Notes under the pieces: generated by a model
Seen by the model: only the letters and a program-made list of their open reading frames with translations
Told to the model about the DNA's origin: nothing
Database searches by the model: none
Shown: positions 1 to 23,189 of the stretch, piece after piece
Layout of the letters: each line of letters starts with the position of its first letter
Position numbering within the stretch: position 1 is the first letter of the stretch
Made by a program: the position numbers and the translations under genes
DNA from: the human T2T-CHM13v2.0 reference genome, Homo sapiens
DNA length: 64,000 bases
Assembly: GCF_009914755.1 (NCBI RefSeq)
Contig: NC_060941.1
Direction: 5' to 3' (one strand)

Positions 1-299
1 TTCTACAAAAAATGTCAAATAACAGTAATGACCACAAGGAACCCCTTCTGGCCCTAACTTTGGCAGTGCACTTGGAATAACTAGTATCACATAGTTACGA
101 CGTATGTGTATGCTTCACATGAATATAAACTCACTTCCCAAACAGTCTGCAATGGGAGTTTGAACGTTCTCTTTGAAGATAAAGTTGTTTATGACAATAT
201 GTGAAGCTTTGAAGTTTCTCAGTGATTGGGGATTTTTGTTTTCTTATTTCCTATTTCTAATTTTTTCAATTGTGGTCAAAGAATAGGGCCTGTATTATT

Positions 300-2211
<1,912 letters not shown>

Positions 2212-2220
2212 CTATGTTTA

Positions 2221-2760
2221 TTATTATTATTATTATTTTGCACTGGCGTTGGATTTTATTGCGAGAACAGACTAAAGAGAGCAATGTGTCAGAAGCGCTG
2301 CTCAGCCACAGCCTCTTGGGTGGCATGGGAACAGAGCGGACGCATTACGGAAACCCAGTTCTTGGGCAAAAGATAAGGAAGCGAAGGGCCTCACTGGAAA
2401 TCTCCTGGCTTCTGGGTGTCCAGGGTGGCTGTCCCAGGCAGGCGACGGTCTTCTTGGCGGCCAGGCTGCGTATGCGTCACGAGGAAGCCTCCAGATGGAG
2501 CGCGGCCGCCAAGGCGCAGTAGCAGGGCGACGACGCTCCGAGAGGTCCCCATCGTCAGACCCCTCTGGCTTCCATGGCGCGTCTTCAAACCCGGCCGATC
2601 CCGGCGAGTGTGGCGGCCGCGCAGCGCAGTGGCGAATTCGATCTTCTGGGTCTCCGGGTGGTTCCCACTGGGGCTCTCGCGCCGTCTCTCTGGAGCCAAA
2701 GGCCCCCCTCACACGGCTTTCGCCAGTGCATCGCTTTTCCCAGCGGAAGTTCACAGAGAC
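2221..2760 (-). other. Orphan CpG-rich unique segment with mRNA-like 3' end; probable processed retrocopy or single-exon transcript of unknown parent
   Basis: Two NotI sites (2502-2509, 2613-2620). Minus-strand AATAAA at 2255-2260 lies 15 nt before an (AAT)n A-rich tail at 2221-2239. An ETS-like ACTTCCG lies at the opposite end (2744-2750). Confidence 0.55.
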
Positions 2761-2799
2761 AGGGGGATTGAGAAGGTCTATTTTTTATTTGTCTTTTAA

Positions 2800-3725
<926 letters not shown>

Positions 3726-3813
3726 TTATGTTACTTGGTGCACGTTTTATTTTCTGGGGTCTTTCCCTTTTAGCAGTACAAAGAGATCCGTCGTGTTTCA
3801 TATAATTTTTTGA

Positions 3814-5793
<1,980 letters not shown>

Positions 5794-8785
5794 TCTTCAG
5801 TCAATTCTAAGTTTTTGCCTCCCCCTTTGCCCTGGGGTCCCAGCTAATGGTGTCAGCAGGGAGAGGGCTCTGATCTTGGTCGTTCTCGTTTTCTCTGCTG
5901 GTATCTGTAAAGATGGTCTCTGGCCCTATCGGGCATCATTTGCTGATTTCCGTTCTCACTGGATTCATTACTGCCCGTGTCCATCCCATCAGCATTCACC
6001 ATGAGGGCCCGCGGCCCACCTGGCCTCCTTGTTATACCATCCTGATCCTGAGCTTCATGTGGTCCCAGAACCCTCTCTCAGCCACTTCAATGGGAAACTG
6101 TGGGGAGGGGTTTGTCTCAGGCCCTCTCTGCCCAGACAAGCCACAGCAGCATGTCTCCTTACGTGTAGAGACATGAGGGTGTTCTGGGAGATGGTACCTC
6201 AGTGCCTTCACCAGGAAGTGCCTTCACCACTGCGCCCCTCTACTCCCTGAGCTCTGCAGTGCCCCTACTGCAGCCCAGACAACAGGGCTGGAGTGGGGAG
6301 GAGAGAGCCATCGTGTGATCAGTGTTTTTACTGAGGCAAGGACCTCAACTTTGAAGCTAGTATCCAAGACCTAGCTCCACTGGCTTCTCTTCATTTCTTC
6401 TGAAACATTCCTGCCCCAAGGACATCCTTGCTGCCACCTGCATTGGGGCGGGGCGGTATGACATGCTAGAGAAAGAAGCCTGGTTAACATTTACTAATCT
6501 AGCTTGGCACATCTTTTGCCCTGTTTTCAGGGTACTCCTAGTACAGACTGACACATGCCCGCCCCATAGCACCCTAGGGAAGTTTATGCTCCCAGTAATG
6601 AGTAGGGCAGAGCCAAGGTGGTGGATGAGGTTTTCTGAGGGTTGGTACTCAGCCCCTTCTGGGAGGGGAGACGATCCTGGTTGTAAACAATAGAAAACAA
6701 CCCTGGTTAACTATAGCCCAAAAATAATTTTCTGGAATGATGATGGATGGTTCATAGAGTCACAGGGTAAACTGGAACCAGCCTGACAAATTGGGCAGGA
6801 ACCCAGAAGGCTGGGAGGCAGAATCACAGGGAGGGTCTTATGAGGACAATCATGCCAACCTCACAACCATCACTGCCCTTTGATGGTGGCAGCTGGGACC
6901 CCAACATTAGAGGAGTGACACCTCAATGGTCCCAGCTTCTCAATAACCCTCAGTCAGTGTCAAAGTCCTAGGCAGGATGAACCAAGGCTGAGTTCCCAAG
7001 CACCCCCTGCAGGAATTGGATCTTTGGCCCCCTTAGGCTTCCATAGGGGGAACACTGCCTCCAGCCCATCTTGAGATTTGTATCCTCCCCTCTCGATTGG
7101 TATTTGGATGACAAGCAACTAAAATCAGCAAATGCACACATCTCTCTAATTTCCCTGAATGTGCATTTGCCAAGAGGCAGTTTCAAACCTGCCTCATTTG
7201 AGCAGTCTACTCAGAGTGCTGTTTGTTTATGCCACTCGGAGAGCTTGCCAAATACAGTGAAGTCATCTGAACAGCCTGAGCGCTTCCAGATAAATACATT
7301 GGCCTCCTTTCCATGGCCCCCATAGTAGCTAACATGTACTGAACAGTGGGCCAGGCACTGAGCTCAGCGCTCTACCTGGAGGATTGCCTTGGGCCTTACT
7401 GCCATTTTTCCAAGGAAGAGACTGAGGCCCAGTGGTTTACTAGCTTTCCCCAGTTCACACAGGTCTAGATGGGAATAACAGGGACTTGACCCCACACAGC
7501 CTGTCGGGCCCTGCTCCCTGGTGATCTAATGGAGCAGACGTTAAACCAATAACCACAGGATTACGTACGTGATTAAAAGGAGCACTGGAAAGGGAAAGAA
7601 CTGGGTAGGAGGAGGGAGGATGGCAGAGAAGACAATTCATAGGGGTGGGGTGGGTGGGGGTCCCGGGAAGGCCTCTGGAAGAACATTTAAGCTGTGACCC
7701 AAATGATGGATTTAGCCAGGCCAAGAGCGAGGGGAAAGAGGCAGTGGCAAGTACCGAGACCTCTGAGGCAGGAGAGAGGGGAATGTGTTCGGGGGATGAA
7801 AACAAGGGCCAATGCAGCGGGAGCAGAGGGAGCTGGGGATTTCTGGGTGGGGCCATCAGGCAGGGCCAGGCTGAGCCTTGGTGTTCTTCAGCTCAGAACC
7901 CCTCACCTCCTCTCACTGACCCCCACCCCATCCTCTGAGATCCGACCTCACAGCACAGTCAGATCCAACCTCTTCTCCCCACCTCCGCTGCGGCCACCCT
8001 AGTCTGATTATTGCAATATCCCCTCCCATTCCCACTGGTCTCCCTGCTTCTGCACCGCCCCCATATCTCTTCTTTCTCAGCAATAAAGTGATCCTTTTAG
8101 CATGGAAGTCAGAGCTTGCCAGGCCTCTGCTTCTCATTTTGCTTAGAGTAAGTGCCTAAGTCTTGCAATGGTCTACAAAGCCCTCCACAGTCTGGATCCC
8201 AGGAGCTCCTGCAACGTGGTCCCCTCTCTCACTTGGCTGTAGCCCCACTGGCCCTGTGCTCCTTCTCAAGTACACCAGGCAAGCCCCTATCTGGAAGGAG
8301 GGCCTTTGCACTGCCCGTTCCCTTGGCCCGGAATGTTCTTTCCTCACATATCCATGGGTCTCTCATCCTTCAGCAGGCCTGCCCGGGCATGTTCTCATAG
8401 TGGAGCTCAGGGCAAGAACAGATGGAGATGCTAAGCCCTCTTCTGCCTGCCTCCGGTCTGCTAACATCCTGCTGGCCACAGCAAGCACGTGGCTGAGCCC
8501 AGAGTCTGAGTGGGAGGGCACCAGGATGGTAGATGCACACGGTAAAGACACAGGGAGTAAAGCACTGGGGCCCTTGCACACATGATTACAGCCCCTTGAT
8601 CTGAGCTCCAAATCCCAGGCCTCCTCCTGCACAGCGACCTGCCACCATCAGTAACTCTCTCCACCAGCCACCATCCCATTTTCATTCAGCAAACATTTGT
8701 GGAGCACCCGCAGTGTGCAGGCCCTGTTCTAGACACTGTGAGGCAGCTGCACATAAAGTAGACGAAGGCCCTGCCCTTTTAAAGT

Positions 8786-9094
<309 letters not shown>

Positions 9095-9517
9095 CTAGTG
9101 CTATGTGAATCTCAGCAACAAGGAAGTGGGTCAGAAAGCAGCCAAATTAAAGCTTAATTATAACTCTATTTCTGTCCAGAACCTGACATGTGATTCTTGT
9201 TAACCCTGTGGGGATAGTTTCAGTGGCTGGAACAGAGTGAGCAAAGAAGAGAGAGGACTGTTAGTGGGTCGCAGGCAGGGAGGTGAGGCAATCTGAATGA
9301 TATTTCCCATAGGCCACCCCATGTGCAGACAGAACCTGGGTTGGAGAAGAGGAAGAAGGGAAGTGGGGAGTCCCCTTAGGAGGGTATTGCCATCGTCAAG
9401 GTGAGAGTTCGTGGTCGCCATGGTGGTCAGATTCAGGATGTACATTGAAGGGGGCCCAAATAGGATTCGCCAGTGCATTGGAGGAAAGGGAGGTAGGAGT
9501 CAAGAATGACTGACACT

Positions 9518-11362
<1,845 letters not shown>

Positions 11363-12182
11363 TCACTTTCTACCATTTGAGAGTTTCTGCTATGCAAAGA
11401 ATTTTCTTTGTGCTTCCTGGTGCTTTATCCTGCAAAGAATGGGAGAGTGAGGCCTGTGAAGGCTCATAAGCCAAAGTTCCCATCTGAGCTCTGCCACTGC
11501 ATGATGGGTGACCTCAGGTGATGTGTTCGTGTCCTTTGGGACAGCAAGAGTTAATATGGGGGAGCAATTTAGTTAAAAGAGATTTTGAAGAAGCTGAACT
11601 CAGACAATTGTGAGCAAGCTTCAGGGATGGTTCTGGTTATTGAGACAAGGAACAAGACGAATACTAGAACCTGCGCTGAGGCTGTGGCAGGCTACGGAGA
11701 AGAGGAGGCAATGATATCTGCTAGGAGAGTGTTGCATTATGGGGCTGAGGGACTGGGAGGGCCATGGGCATTCCTGGGGCTTCCAGTTTGGGCACTGGAG
11801 TGAATGATGGACTATTAACTGGGAGTGAGCACAGAAGGAGAAGCCAGCTCAGAGGGAAAAGGATCAGGTTCTGTTGAGGACACGAAGCGTGAGATGACTG
11901 GCAGATTTCTAGAAACACGGATGTGAAGTTGAGGAAGGAAGTTGGACCCATAAGTGCCCAGTCAGAAATCCTCAGGGCCTGGATGGTGCTTGTGCAGAGA
12001 ACGACCAGATGATAACTCCAGCTGTTTCCCTTTCCTTCTAGGGACACATCCAGAATACACTTTGGGCCAGGCACAGTGGCTCACGCCTGTAATCCTAATA
12101 CTTTAGGAGGTCAAGGCAGGCAGATCATTGGAGCCCAGGAGTTCGAGACCAGCCTGGCCAACGGGGCGAAAACCCGTCTCTA

Positions 12183-12690
<508 letters not shown>

Positions 12691-13806
12691 CTACTCTTCT
12701 CTCTCTCTTATTTGCTACCTGAATTCTGATATTCAGATCGCCTTTAGAAGCCACATGTTGAAAGTGGCACAGCCTCCCGTTGTCTGAGACACTGTAAGAA
12801 ACCCAGACAAGAAAACCAGATGGGGTGCAAGGAATCGGCGATTTCCGTTTCTTACAGCAGAAATGGAGGTCCCCCAATTCCTTGCCCCCATCCTCCTTTT
12901 ATGGAGTAAGAAATAAACCTGTATTGTGTTTAGCAACTGAAATTTGGGGGTGGGGTATCTCTTCCATAAGTTAGTGTTACTTTAACTAAGATAGAATTAG
13001 TACTAGGAGCGGGATATTGCCATAATGAAAATCGAAAATGTGTGGCATTGGTTTTGTAGTTGGGCAAGATAGTGAGAAAACCTTTGTCAGGGTTTGGAAA
13101 GATGGAGACCCATGCTAGGCAACGGCAAAACATTTGGTAAAATAGTTGCCTGAGATAAACAGGTCAGCTGTCCTCTGACCCTGTAGCTCTAAGGGAAGAA
13201 GTCATAAAGTACAGGCAGCACTTAACAAGGTCTCAGAAGAATAAGATGGGACCAGTGAGCACTGGCTGATTTGCAAGCAAAACTAAGATGAAATAGGGAC
13301 TCCCGGAATTTGGGGTATTGGTTAGGAACATTGACGGCTTCTAGATGCCAAACAGAAGGAAATCATAGCTTAAAGGCCTTTGAGCAGCAAAGGCCCATGA
13401 AGCCTCAACCTCAGGCAAGGTCAGAGTCAGGGAGTGTCCTTCCCCAGGCCTGAGAACCTCAAGATTGCCATCAGCACATCGAGAGAGAATGGCCGGAGGG
13501 CGGACAGCAGAAGAATCAGGCTGGAGAACTGTGTCTAACTGTGAATTTCGCACGTGGTTGCTGGCATCCAGAAATGACTGGAAGCAAGTAGAGGAGCCTT
13601 TTCAGATTTTCAGGGAACTGTATGTCAAATAAGCCATAAGCCTGAACTTCAAAAAATAAACAAATAAAAAAGAGAGAAAGTGTTTGAACTTTTGGGCCTT
13701 AAAACCACCTTGAGGCTGGATGTGGTGGCTGACGCCTATAATCCCAGCACTTTGAGAGGCTGAGGCATGTGGATCACCTGAGGTCAGGAGTTCGAGACCA
13801 GCCTTA

Positions 13807-14124
<318 letters not shown>

Positions 14125-14658
14125 TCAACGGTCGCTGCGAATGCGGCCTTGGAGCAACATGGCAAGACGACAGTGTGGAGGGCAGGGCTGGGAGCCATAG
14201 AGAAGAGGACAGGGCAATTCCTTCAAGGGTGGGGGCGCTCCCAGCACCCACCTGGCCAAATGGCATCATCGCTGTCATCAGAGCCTGCTTTGCATCTTCT
14301 GTTCTTCCCTTCTCTGAAGAGGATGTTGTCCTGTGCTTGCCCTATCTGCACCCCACCACTGGATCCGGAAGTGTGTTGTGTGTCTATACTGGGGTGGAGA
14401 AAGGAAGGACACGATAACTTGTTCTTTTAGGCATCGGTTTCCAGATCACAGGGAGTCACAGAGGACCTGGAGGAGAGAATCCTGTGTGTGCTGGAGATCC
14501 CGAACTGTGGCGGAGGCCCCAGGAGGCAGTGATGGTGTGGACTCAGCTGCCTCTCCGGGAAGCAGTGAGTGTGTTCCATGTGTAAGAGGAAGAGTGAAAT
14601 GGCTACTTAGTGGCTATTGGGCAACCCATGGCAGAGACTGGCTAGAGGCTTACGAACG

Positions 14659-15283
14659 CTGTCTTAGTCCATTTTGCATTGCTGTAAAGGAAACTGAGGC
14701 TGGTAATTTATAAAGAAAGAGGGGTGTTTGGCTCATGGTTCTTCAGGCAGTACAGGAAGCATGATACCAGCACCTGCATCTGGGGAAGGCCCCAGGAAGC
14801 TTCTACTCAGGGCCACAGGACAAGGGGGAGCAGGCACGCCACATGGCCAGAACGATGCCAGGCTCCTTTAAATAACCAGGCCGGGTGCAGTGGCTCACAC
14901 CTGTAATCCCAGCACTGTGGCCAAGGTAGGAGGATTGCTTCAGGCCAGAAGTTTGAGACCAGTCTGGGCAACATAGCAAGACGCCATCTCTAAAAAAAAA
15001 ATCAGGCTGGGCGCCGTGGCTCACACCTGTAATCCCAGCACTTTGGAGGGCCGAGGTGGGCAGATCACTTGAGGCCAGGAGTTCAAGGCCAGCCTGGCCA
15101 ACATGGTAAAACCTTGTCTCTACTAAAAATACAAAAATTAGCTGGGCATGGTGGCAGGCACCTGTAGTGCCAGATACTCAGGAGGGTGAGGCATGAAAAT
15201 CACTTGAACCCAGGAGGCAGAAGTTGTAGTGAGCCAAAACTGTGCCACTGCACTCCAGCCTAGGTGACAGAGTGAGACTCTGT

Positions 15284-15315
<32 letters not shown>

Positions 15316-15648
15316 GCCAGGTGTGGCGGTGTGGGCCTGCTCAGGAGGCTGAGGTGAGAGAATCACTTGAGCCTGGGAGGTGGAAGTTTCAGTGAGCCGT
15401 GATTGCACCACTGCACTCCAGCGTGGATGACAGAGTGAGACCCTGTCTCAAAAAAAAAAAACAGACAAAAACAAAGCACCCACATGAACTAATAGATTGA
15501 GAGCTCACTCATTACCATGGGGAGGGCACCAAGCCATTCCTGAGGGATCCACCCCTATGATGCAAACACCTCCCACCAGGCCCACTCCTAACACTGGGGC
15601 TCATATTTCAACATGAGATTTGGAGGGGCCAAACATCTAAGCTATATC
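14659..15648 (-). mobile_element. MSTB-like LTR split by nested Alus (14879-15465)
   Basis: tgtcttagtccattttgcattgctgtaaagg at the start; ...tttcaacatgagatttggagggg...tatatc at the end. Confidence 0.8.
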
Positions 15649-15711
15649 GAACGCCAGCCCCTCTACTGCCAGATGAACTGCTAGATCACATTCCCGACTT
15701 TCATTGCGTTA

Positions 15712-18170
<2,459 letters not shown>

Positions 18171-18244
18171 AAACACTATATATATATAATATAAAAATAT
18201 ATATGTACAGAGGCAAAGGCTTAAAAAATAATTTAAAAAGTATA

Positions 18245-18870
18245 TCTATATTTTTCCCAAACTAAAAAGGATGTGTCAATTGAGGCCAAGAGGATGCAAA
18301 CAATCCAAAGACCAAAAGCCTATTATTTAATTAACTTCCTTTCTTTGCTTGTTAGATGAGATTTGGATTTGATGTGTCTGTTTTCTTGGCCCTGGTCTGC
18401 TCATGAAAGCCTTCTACAGGGGGAAGCTGTGGGCAGGTTCCTATAGCGACTCTTTGGGAGAACTCTCACAGGGCTGAGTAATTGCTTAGTTCTGCCTGCT
18501 TCGTTCCCTTCTGCTTCATAGGTACTACAAAATAGTTGTTGTCCACAGTGGTGAGCCCCGCAGTGAGTGAAAACAAGTTCTGGAAGTTCAGTGTGCTGTC
18601 TTGGCACTGGTCCATGTCCTTCATTGTTATGTCTGCAGCCAGAGGGTCTTTTTGATTCTCCAAAAATCCAAGGAACTCCTTTCCCATGAGTACTTTCAGG
18701 CCCTCCTTCATTAAGTAGCCTTTATCCCCGGCAAATCTGTGAAACGTAAACAACACGGTTTCCATGGTGTGTTCCATTGGACTGGGGTTGTTCGTGAGAT
18801 CTGTTGAAACCTTGGCTGGAGGTGCGTTGTGGGCGCTTGGCAAGCTGGGCCTCAGGGCCCCTCGGGAAGG
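18245..18870 (-). pseudogene. Processed retrocopy of S100A10 (p11), with 5' UTR, CDS and 3' UTR
   Basis: The minus-strand ORF gives MEHTMETVLFTFHRFAGDKGYLMKEGLKVLMGKEFLGFLENQKDPLA...YFVVPMKQKGTK, collinear with S100A10 and intronless. The flanks resemble the S100A10 UTRs. The original start codon is lost and the stop is mutated TAG>CAG. Confidence 0.93.
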
Positions 18871-18894
18871 AGCAGTATTAAGAACTTGTTTTGC

Positions 18895-19164
18895 TATCTC
18901 AAGGACAAAAAAACAAACACCGCATGTTCTCACTCATAGGTGGGAATTGAACAATGAGAACACTTGGACACAGGAAGGGGAACATCACACACCGGAGCCT
19001 GTTGTGGGGTGGGGGGAGGGGGGAGGGATAGCATTAGGAGATATACCTAATGTAAATGACGAGTTAATGGGTGCAGCACACCAGCATGGCACATGTATAC
19101 ATATGTAACAAACCTGCACGTTGTGCACATGTACCCTAGAACTTAAAGTATTAAAAAAAAAAAA
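18895..19164 (+). mobile_element. 5'-truncated primate L1 (L1PA3/PA4-like) 3' end with poly(A) and 15-bp TSD
   Basis: Canonical L1 3' UTR (accgcatgttctcactcataggtgggaattg...gtaccctagaacttaaagta) followed by an A-tail. TSD AAGAACTTGTTTTGC at 18880-18894 and 19165-19179, with a TT|AAGA endonuclease site. Confidence 0.95.
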
Positions 19165-20204
19165 AAGAACTTGTTTTGCAAAGGAGCCCTGGGTCAGGCA
19201 CAGGGTCTGAGGCTGGCCTTGTGAGGGCCCCTTTCCTTGTGGGGACAGGCCACCACACCACACGGCAGATGCAGCTCAGGGCAAGATGCAAGGTGGCAGG
19301 ACCCAGGAGAGATGCTCAGTCCAAAGTGGAGCGGTGTTCAGGGGCTCTGGGCTGGGAGATTTACGTGGGGGTCTTAACTTCTTCAAGTCATGAACCCCTC
19401 TGAGAACAAGGCAAGAGCTAAGGCTTGAGAGCAATGTAGGCAGCCGTACGCGCTATTTCACTCCAGCCTCGGGGCTCTCATGGACCTCCTGAGGCTGGCC
19501 CGTGGGACCCAGGGAAAGAGCCTCGGCCTTGCAGAGTCTCTTACAACCTTGACTAGCTGCCTCCCACAACCCTGCTGGGATCACTACCTTACAAAGGAGG
19601 AAATAGATGCCATGTAGAACTTGCTTGGAGTCACACAGCTACAAGTGTGACGCCTGAATTTGAAGGCAGGTGTGTCTGACTGTCCTGTTCCCTTAGCGGT
19701 TCAGCACGGGGCCTCTTCAGCCGTCCCAAGGCATCCCCAACACAGAAGGCGTCTAGGGAAGGGGTCAGGGGAGGGTTCAGGGAGGAGGGGATGTCTGGGC
19801 TCAGCAGGTGGCATGGCCATGGGAGCCTCAGGGCTAGGGAGAACCCAAGGCTGGGAGAGAGGCAGGGCCTTGCTCAGGACGTGGCAGAGACAGGGGTGAG
19901 CTCAGGCGGAAGCCCGAGCTGTCAGGCAGCCCTGAGTGGCCGGAGCGGAGTGGTGGACCCAGGAGTGGGGAGACGCCTCATCCAGCAGCCCACGGTCTGT
20001 TTCCTTCTACCCCTGGATCAGGAGAGAGCAGGAGGCCTGACGTTAGCTAGACTTCCCTCTGCCTAGCATTGTCATTACTCAGCCTTTGCTTTTCTTGGCC
20101 TCACAAGCAAGGCTGGGGACAGGAACGAATATGACAGTGTCTCAATCACCATAGGGAGTCAGAGGCATTTCCCTCTAATCTGAGGCCTCCCCGTCTGAGG
20201 CCCT

Positions 20205-20670
20205 GTGTATTTGCTTCTAGAGCTGCCTTAACTAAGTACCACACACTAGGCAGCTGCAAACAACAGAAGGGTATTGCTTCACGGTTCTGGAGGCCAGGAG
20301 TCTGGAATTCAGGTGTGGACGGGCCTGCTCCCTCCAAGCCTGGAGGGGGAAGACTTCTTGCCTCTTTTCTGGCTTCCGGTGGTTGCCAGTCCTCCTGGCA
20401 GGCCCAGACTTGCGGCTGCCTCCCCGCAGTCTCCGCGTCTTCTTTCTTTCACACAGAGCAGGAGCATATGTCTGTCTCTCTGTCTCTTCTCTTCTTTCAT
20501 AAGGACACTAGTCCTATTGGATTAAGAACCCACCCTACACTCCAGTATGACCTCACCTTTGCTAATTTCATCTGCAACAATCCTATTTTCAAATACGTCA
20601 CATTCTGAGATACTAGGGGTTAGGTCTTGAGCATATCTTGTGATAGGAACATGGTCCTACCCATAACACC
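20205..20670 (-). mobile_element. MLT1B/C-like LTR
   Basis: gttctggaggccaggagtctggaattcaggtg...cataaggacactagtcctattggatta...cacattctgagatactagggg. Confidence 0.7.
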
Positions 20671-22164
20671 CTGTGGGGTAATTTACCTTTCCCTAAGAAG
20701 CTCTGACCCTGAACACCCTTGGACTGTGGCATCCCCACCCTCACACCGGCCTGCAGCAACCGCCGACCTGGCAGAGCCAGGAGCTGTGGGGGCTTTCACA
20801 GCCCATGCCTGGGTGACCAAATCCAGCTCCTACCACCAGAACCTTCCTTCCAGGGCGGCTTGTGAGTGGTGCCATGCTGGGAACACGCAGCACGCAGCTT
20901 AGGGCACCGGCTGCTGCCGCCAGCCTCCGGTTAATCTCCTCCAGCCTCAGCAAGAATGCAGCGGTGACAGGGGCTCTCAGGAAGGCAGGGAAGGAGGGGA
21001 GACCTGGTGCTTTTCTTTCAAGTGGAGAATTCTCCCCACGGATCTGCTCCAAGGTGTTAGCAGGGAGGGAGGGAGCCAGGTTTCCAGCCTGGGCTTCCTG
21101 ACCAACAGTCCCTGGCCAGCCACTGGGCCCTGGTGGAGGTGGCTGTGAGGCTGGGGTCAGGGAGGGGTGCAAAGCCCGCTCAGCTCTGGGCCAGGTTTCC
21201 AGCAGGAGGACCTAAGACAGCACTGAGTCAGCTCAAGCCCACCTCAGAGTCAGGCTGGCTTGGTCATTAATTCCCTCCTTTGCTCCACCAACATTCACCC
21301 AGTACTTATTACATAGCAGGGGCATGCGGACCGGGAGACCAAAGCAAAACAACAGGAGAGATGCTGAGGTCAGCCACACTCAGAGGAGGGGGCTTGGGGA
21401 AGGGCCCTGGATCTGGTTTGGAGAGGCAGGGAGCATTCTCCAGTGGGGACATGTTCCAGGTAGAGTGCATGCAAGTCAAAGGAACCGAGACCTGGAGACC
21501 CTGGGGCTCTCCGAGGGTGCCAGTCATCCCTCAGGAATGGGATGAGCCCCGATGCCAGGAAGGGCAAGCGCTGAGGCCAAGGACACAGGCAGGAGTCAGA
21601 CGACACGGCGTCTGTACCAGGGAGCTTGGGTTTAATCTTCTGAGCCACGGGACGGCACTGATGGGTTTTAAGCCGTGTAAAGACTTGATCCAATTTGTGA
21701 ATTGGATCATCCTGGCTGCAGTGGGCAAGCTGCTGGGGTGCCAGGAATTGTTTGGAAGTCATTGGTCCAACACATGGCAGTGGTGTGACCACCTGGGAGA
21801 ATGACCCCGCAGAGCAGACAAGTGGCCCAGGACGCACCTTTCGGAATGTCAGCATGGGGAGGGAAGGCCGGGAAGAGGAGCTGGTCAGAGAGAGTGTATA
21901 AGTGGCTGGAAGAGATAGAAAGTGGCCTTCAGAAGGCAGGCGGAGGATGGTTAGGGAAGATGGGATTGTCAGTAGCATCAGATGCAGCCAAGAAGTCAAG
22001 TGATGCAAGAACTGAATGTATCATTGGCTTTGGTGATTGGGAGGTGGCCTCCGTGAGTGCAGCGTGAAGGAGGTCGAAGCCAGCGGGCTTGCCACAGGCT
22101 GACAGGCAGCTGGAAACTTGTTCCTTGTGCACAGCAGTTATGAAGGCTGGGGAGCAGCCTTCTT

Positions 22165-22197
<33 letters not shown>

Positions 22198-22231
22198 GGA
22201 GGAAGAGGAGGAGGAGGAGGAGGGGGAAGAG
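22165..22231. repeat. Purine-only (GAG/GAA)n tract
   Basis: 67 consecutive purines. Confidence 0.95.
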
Positions 22232-23189
22232 CTGCTCCTGATCAAGTTCCCTTGGGCATTGCTGGCTGAGCAGGAGCTTCAGCTTGCAGCTGCTTTGGGA
22301 CCATTCACCCTGGATGGAAGCCTGAGTGAATCATTACCCCCAGGGTCTAAGGTGCTGCATTGTAGCAGCAAAGAGCCCCCATTATAACAGCACTCGGCTG
22401 ATGGCCTACTGCACGCCAGGCACTGAGCCAGGGCTTTGTGCACACTATTTCATCGAGTCCCGCACAGGGGCATTATAGCCTGGGTGCTGAGGTTCAGAGA
22501 GAGGTAAGTGACTTAAGCAAGAAGCTCTGCTAGTCAGTAGCAGAGAAGAGATGTGAAGCCAGGACGACCTGAACCCGAGGCTGTTTCAGCTTCATCCTGC
22601 TGTTGTCCTAACTCCTGGGAGATGTGGCTGAGAAGTTCTCTTTGGTCCTTGGCTGTTGGGTGGTAAGTGGTGGACAGGTGGCCATGCTTATCCAACCTGG
22701 GCCAGGAACTGGACTTCAGGTGGCTGGATCATTCATGGAGAGAGCGGCAGTGGCTAGGGTTGGCATGAGTCAAGGTAACAAATGGCCGATGCTGTCTTCT
22801 TGAGGGGTTCTCTGCTCTCAGGGTGGTGGTAGAACCGTGGAGGCAGTGGGATGCAGGTACCAGGGGGTTCACCTGGAATGAAATCCTTAGCCCTGGGACC
22901 CTAGATGGGCTCTCGGTCTGAGGTCAGGGTCAAGGGTCACAAGTGCTAGACAGGGTCCTCCATGATGGAAGGAGCCTCCAGAATCCTGGAGGGTAATTCA
23001 CAGTAGACTGTAGTAGCCCTCTGAGGAGTGAAGCTTTGAGTGGTGGCCATCTCTGGAGAGAAGGAGGGTACAGCTAGTGGAGTTGATGGTCTAGGACAGC
23101 CCAGTGTTCCCTAGCAGTCATCCTCTGAGGCTGCCACAATGGCTCCGTGATTTGGGAGCAGAGATGCTGCACACAGTTGACCCTCACAT

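Noticed and set aside
22118-22387. Poly-Glu ORF
   Set aside because: It is a translation of a simple GAG/GAA repeat with a non-ATG start and no gene context.
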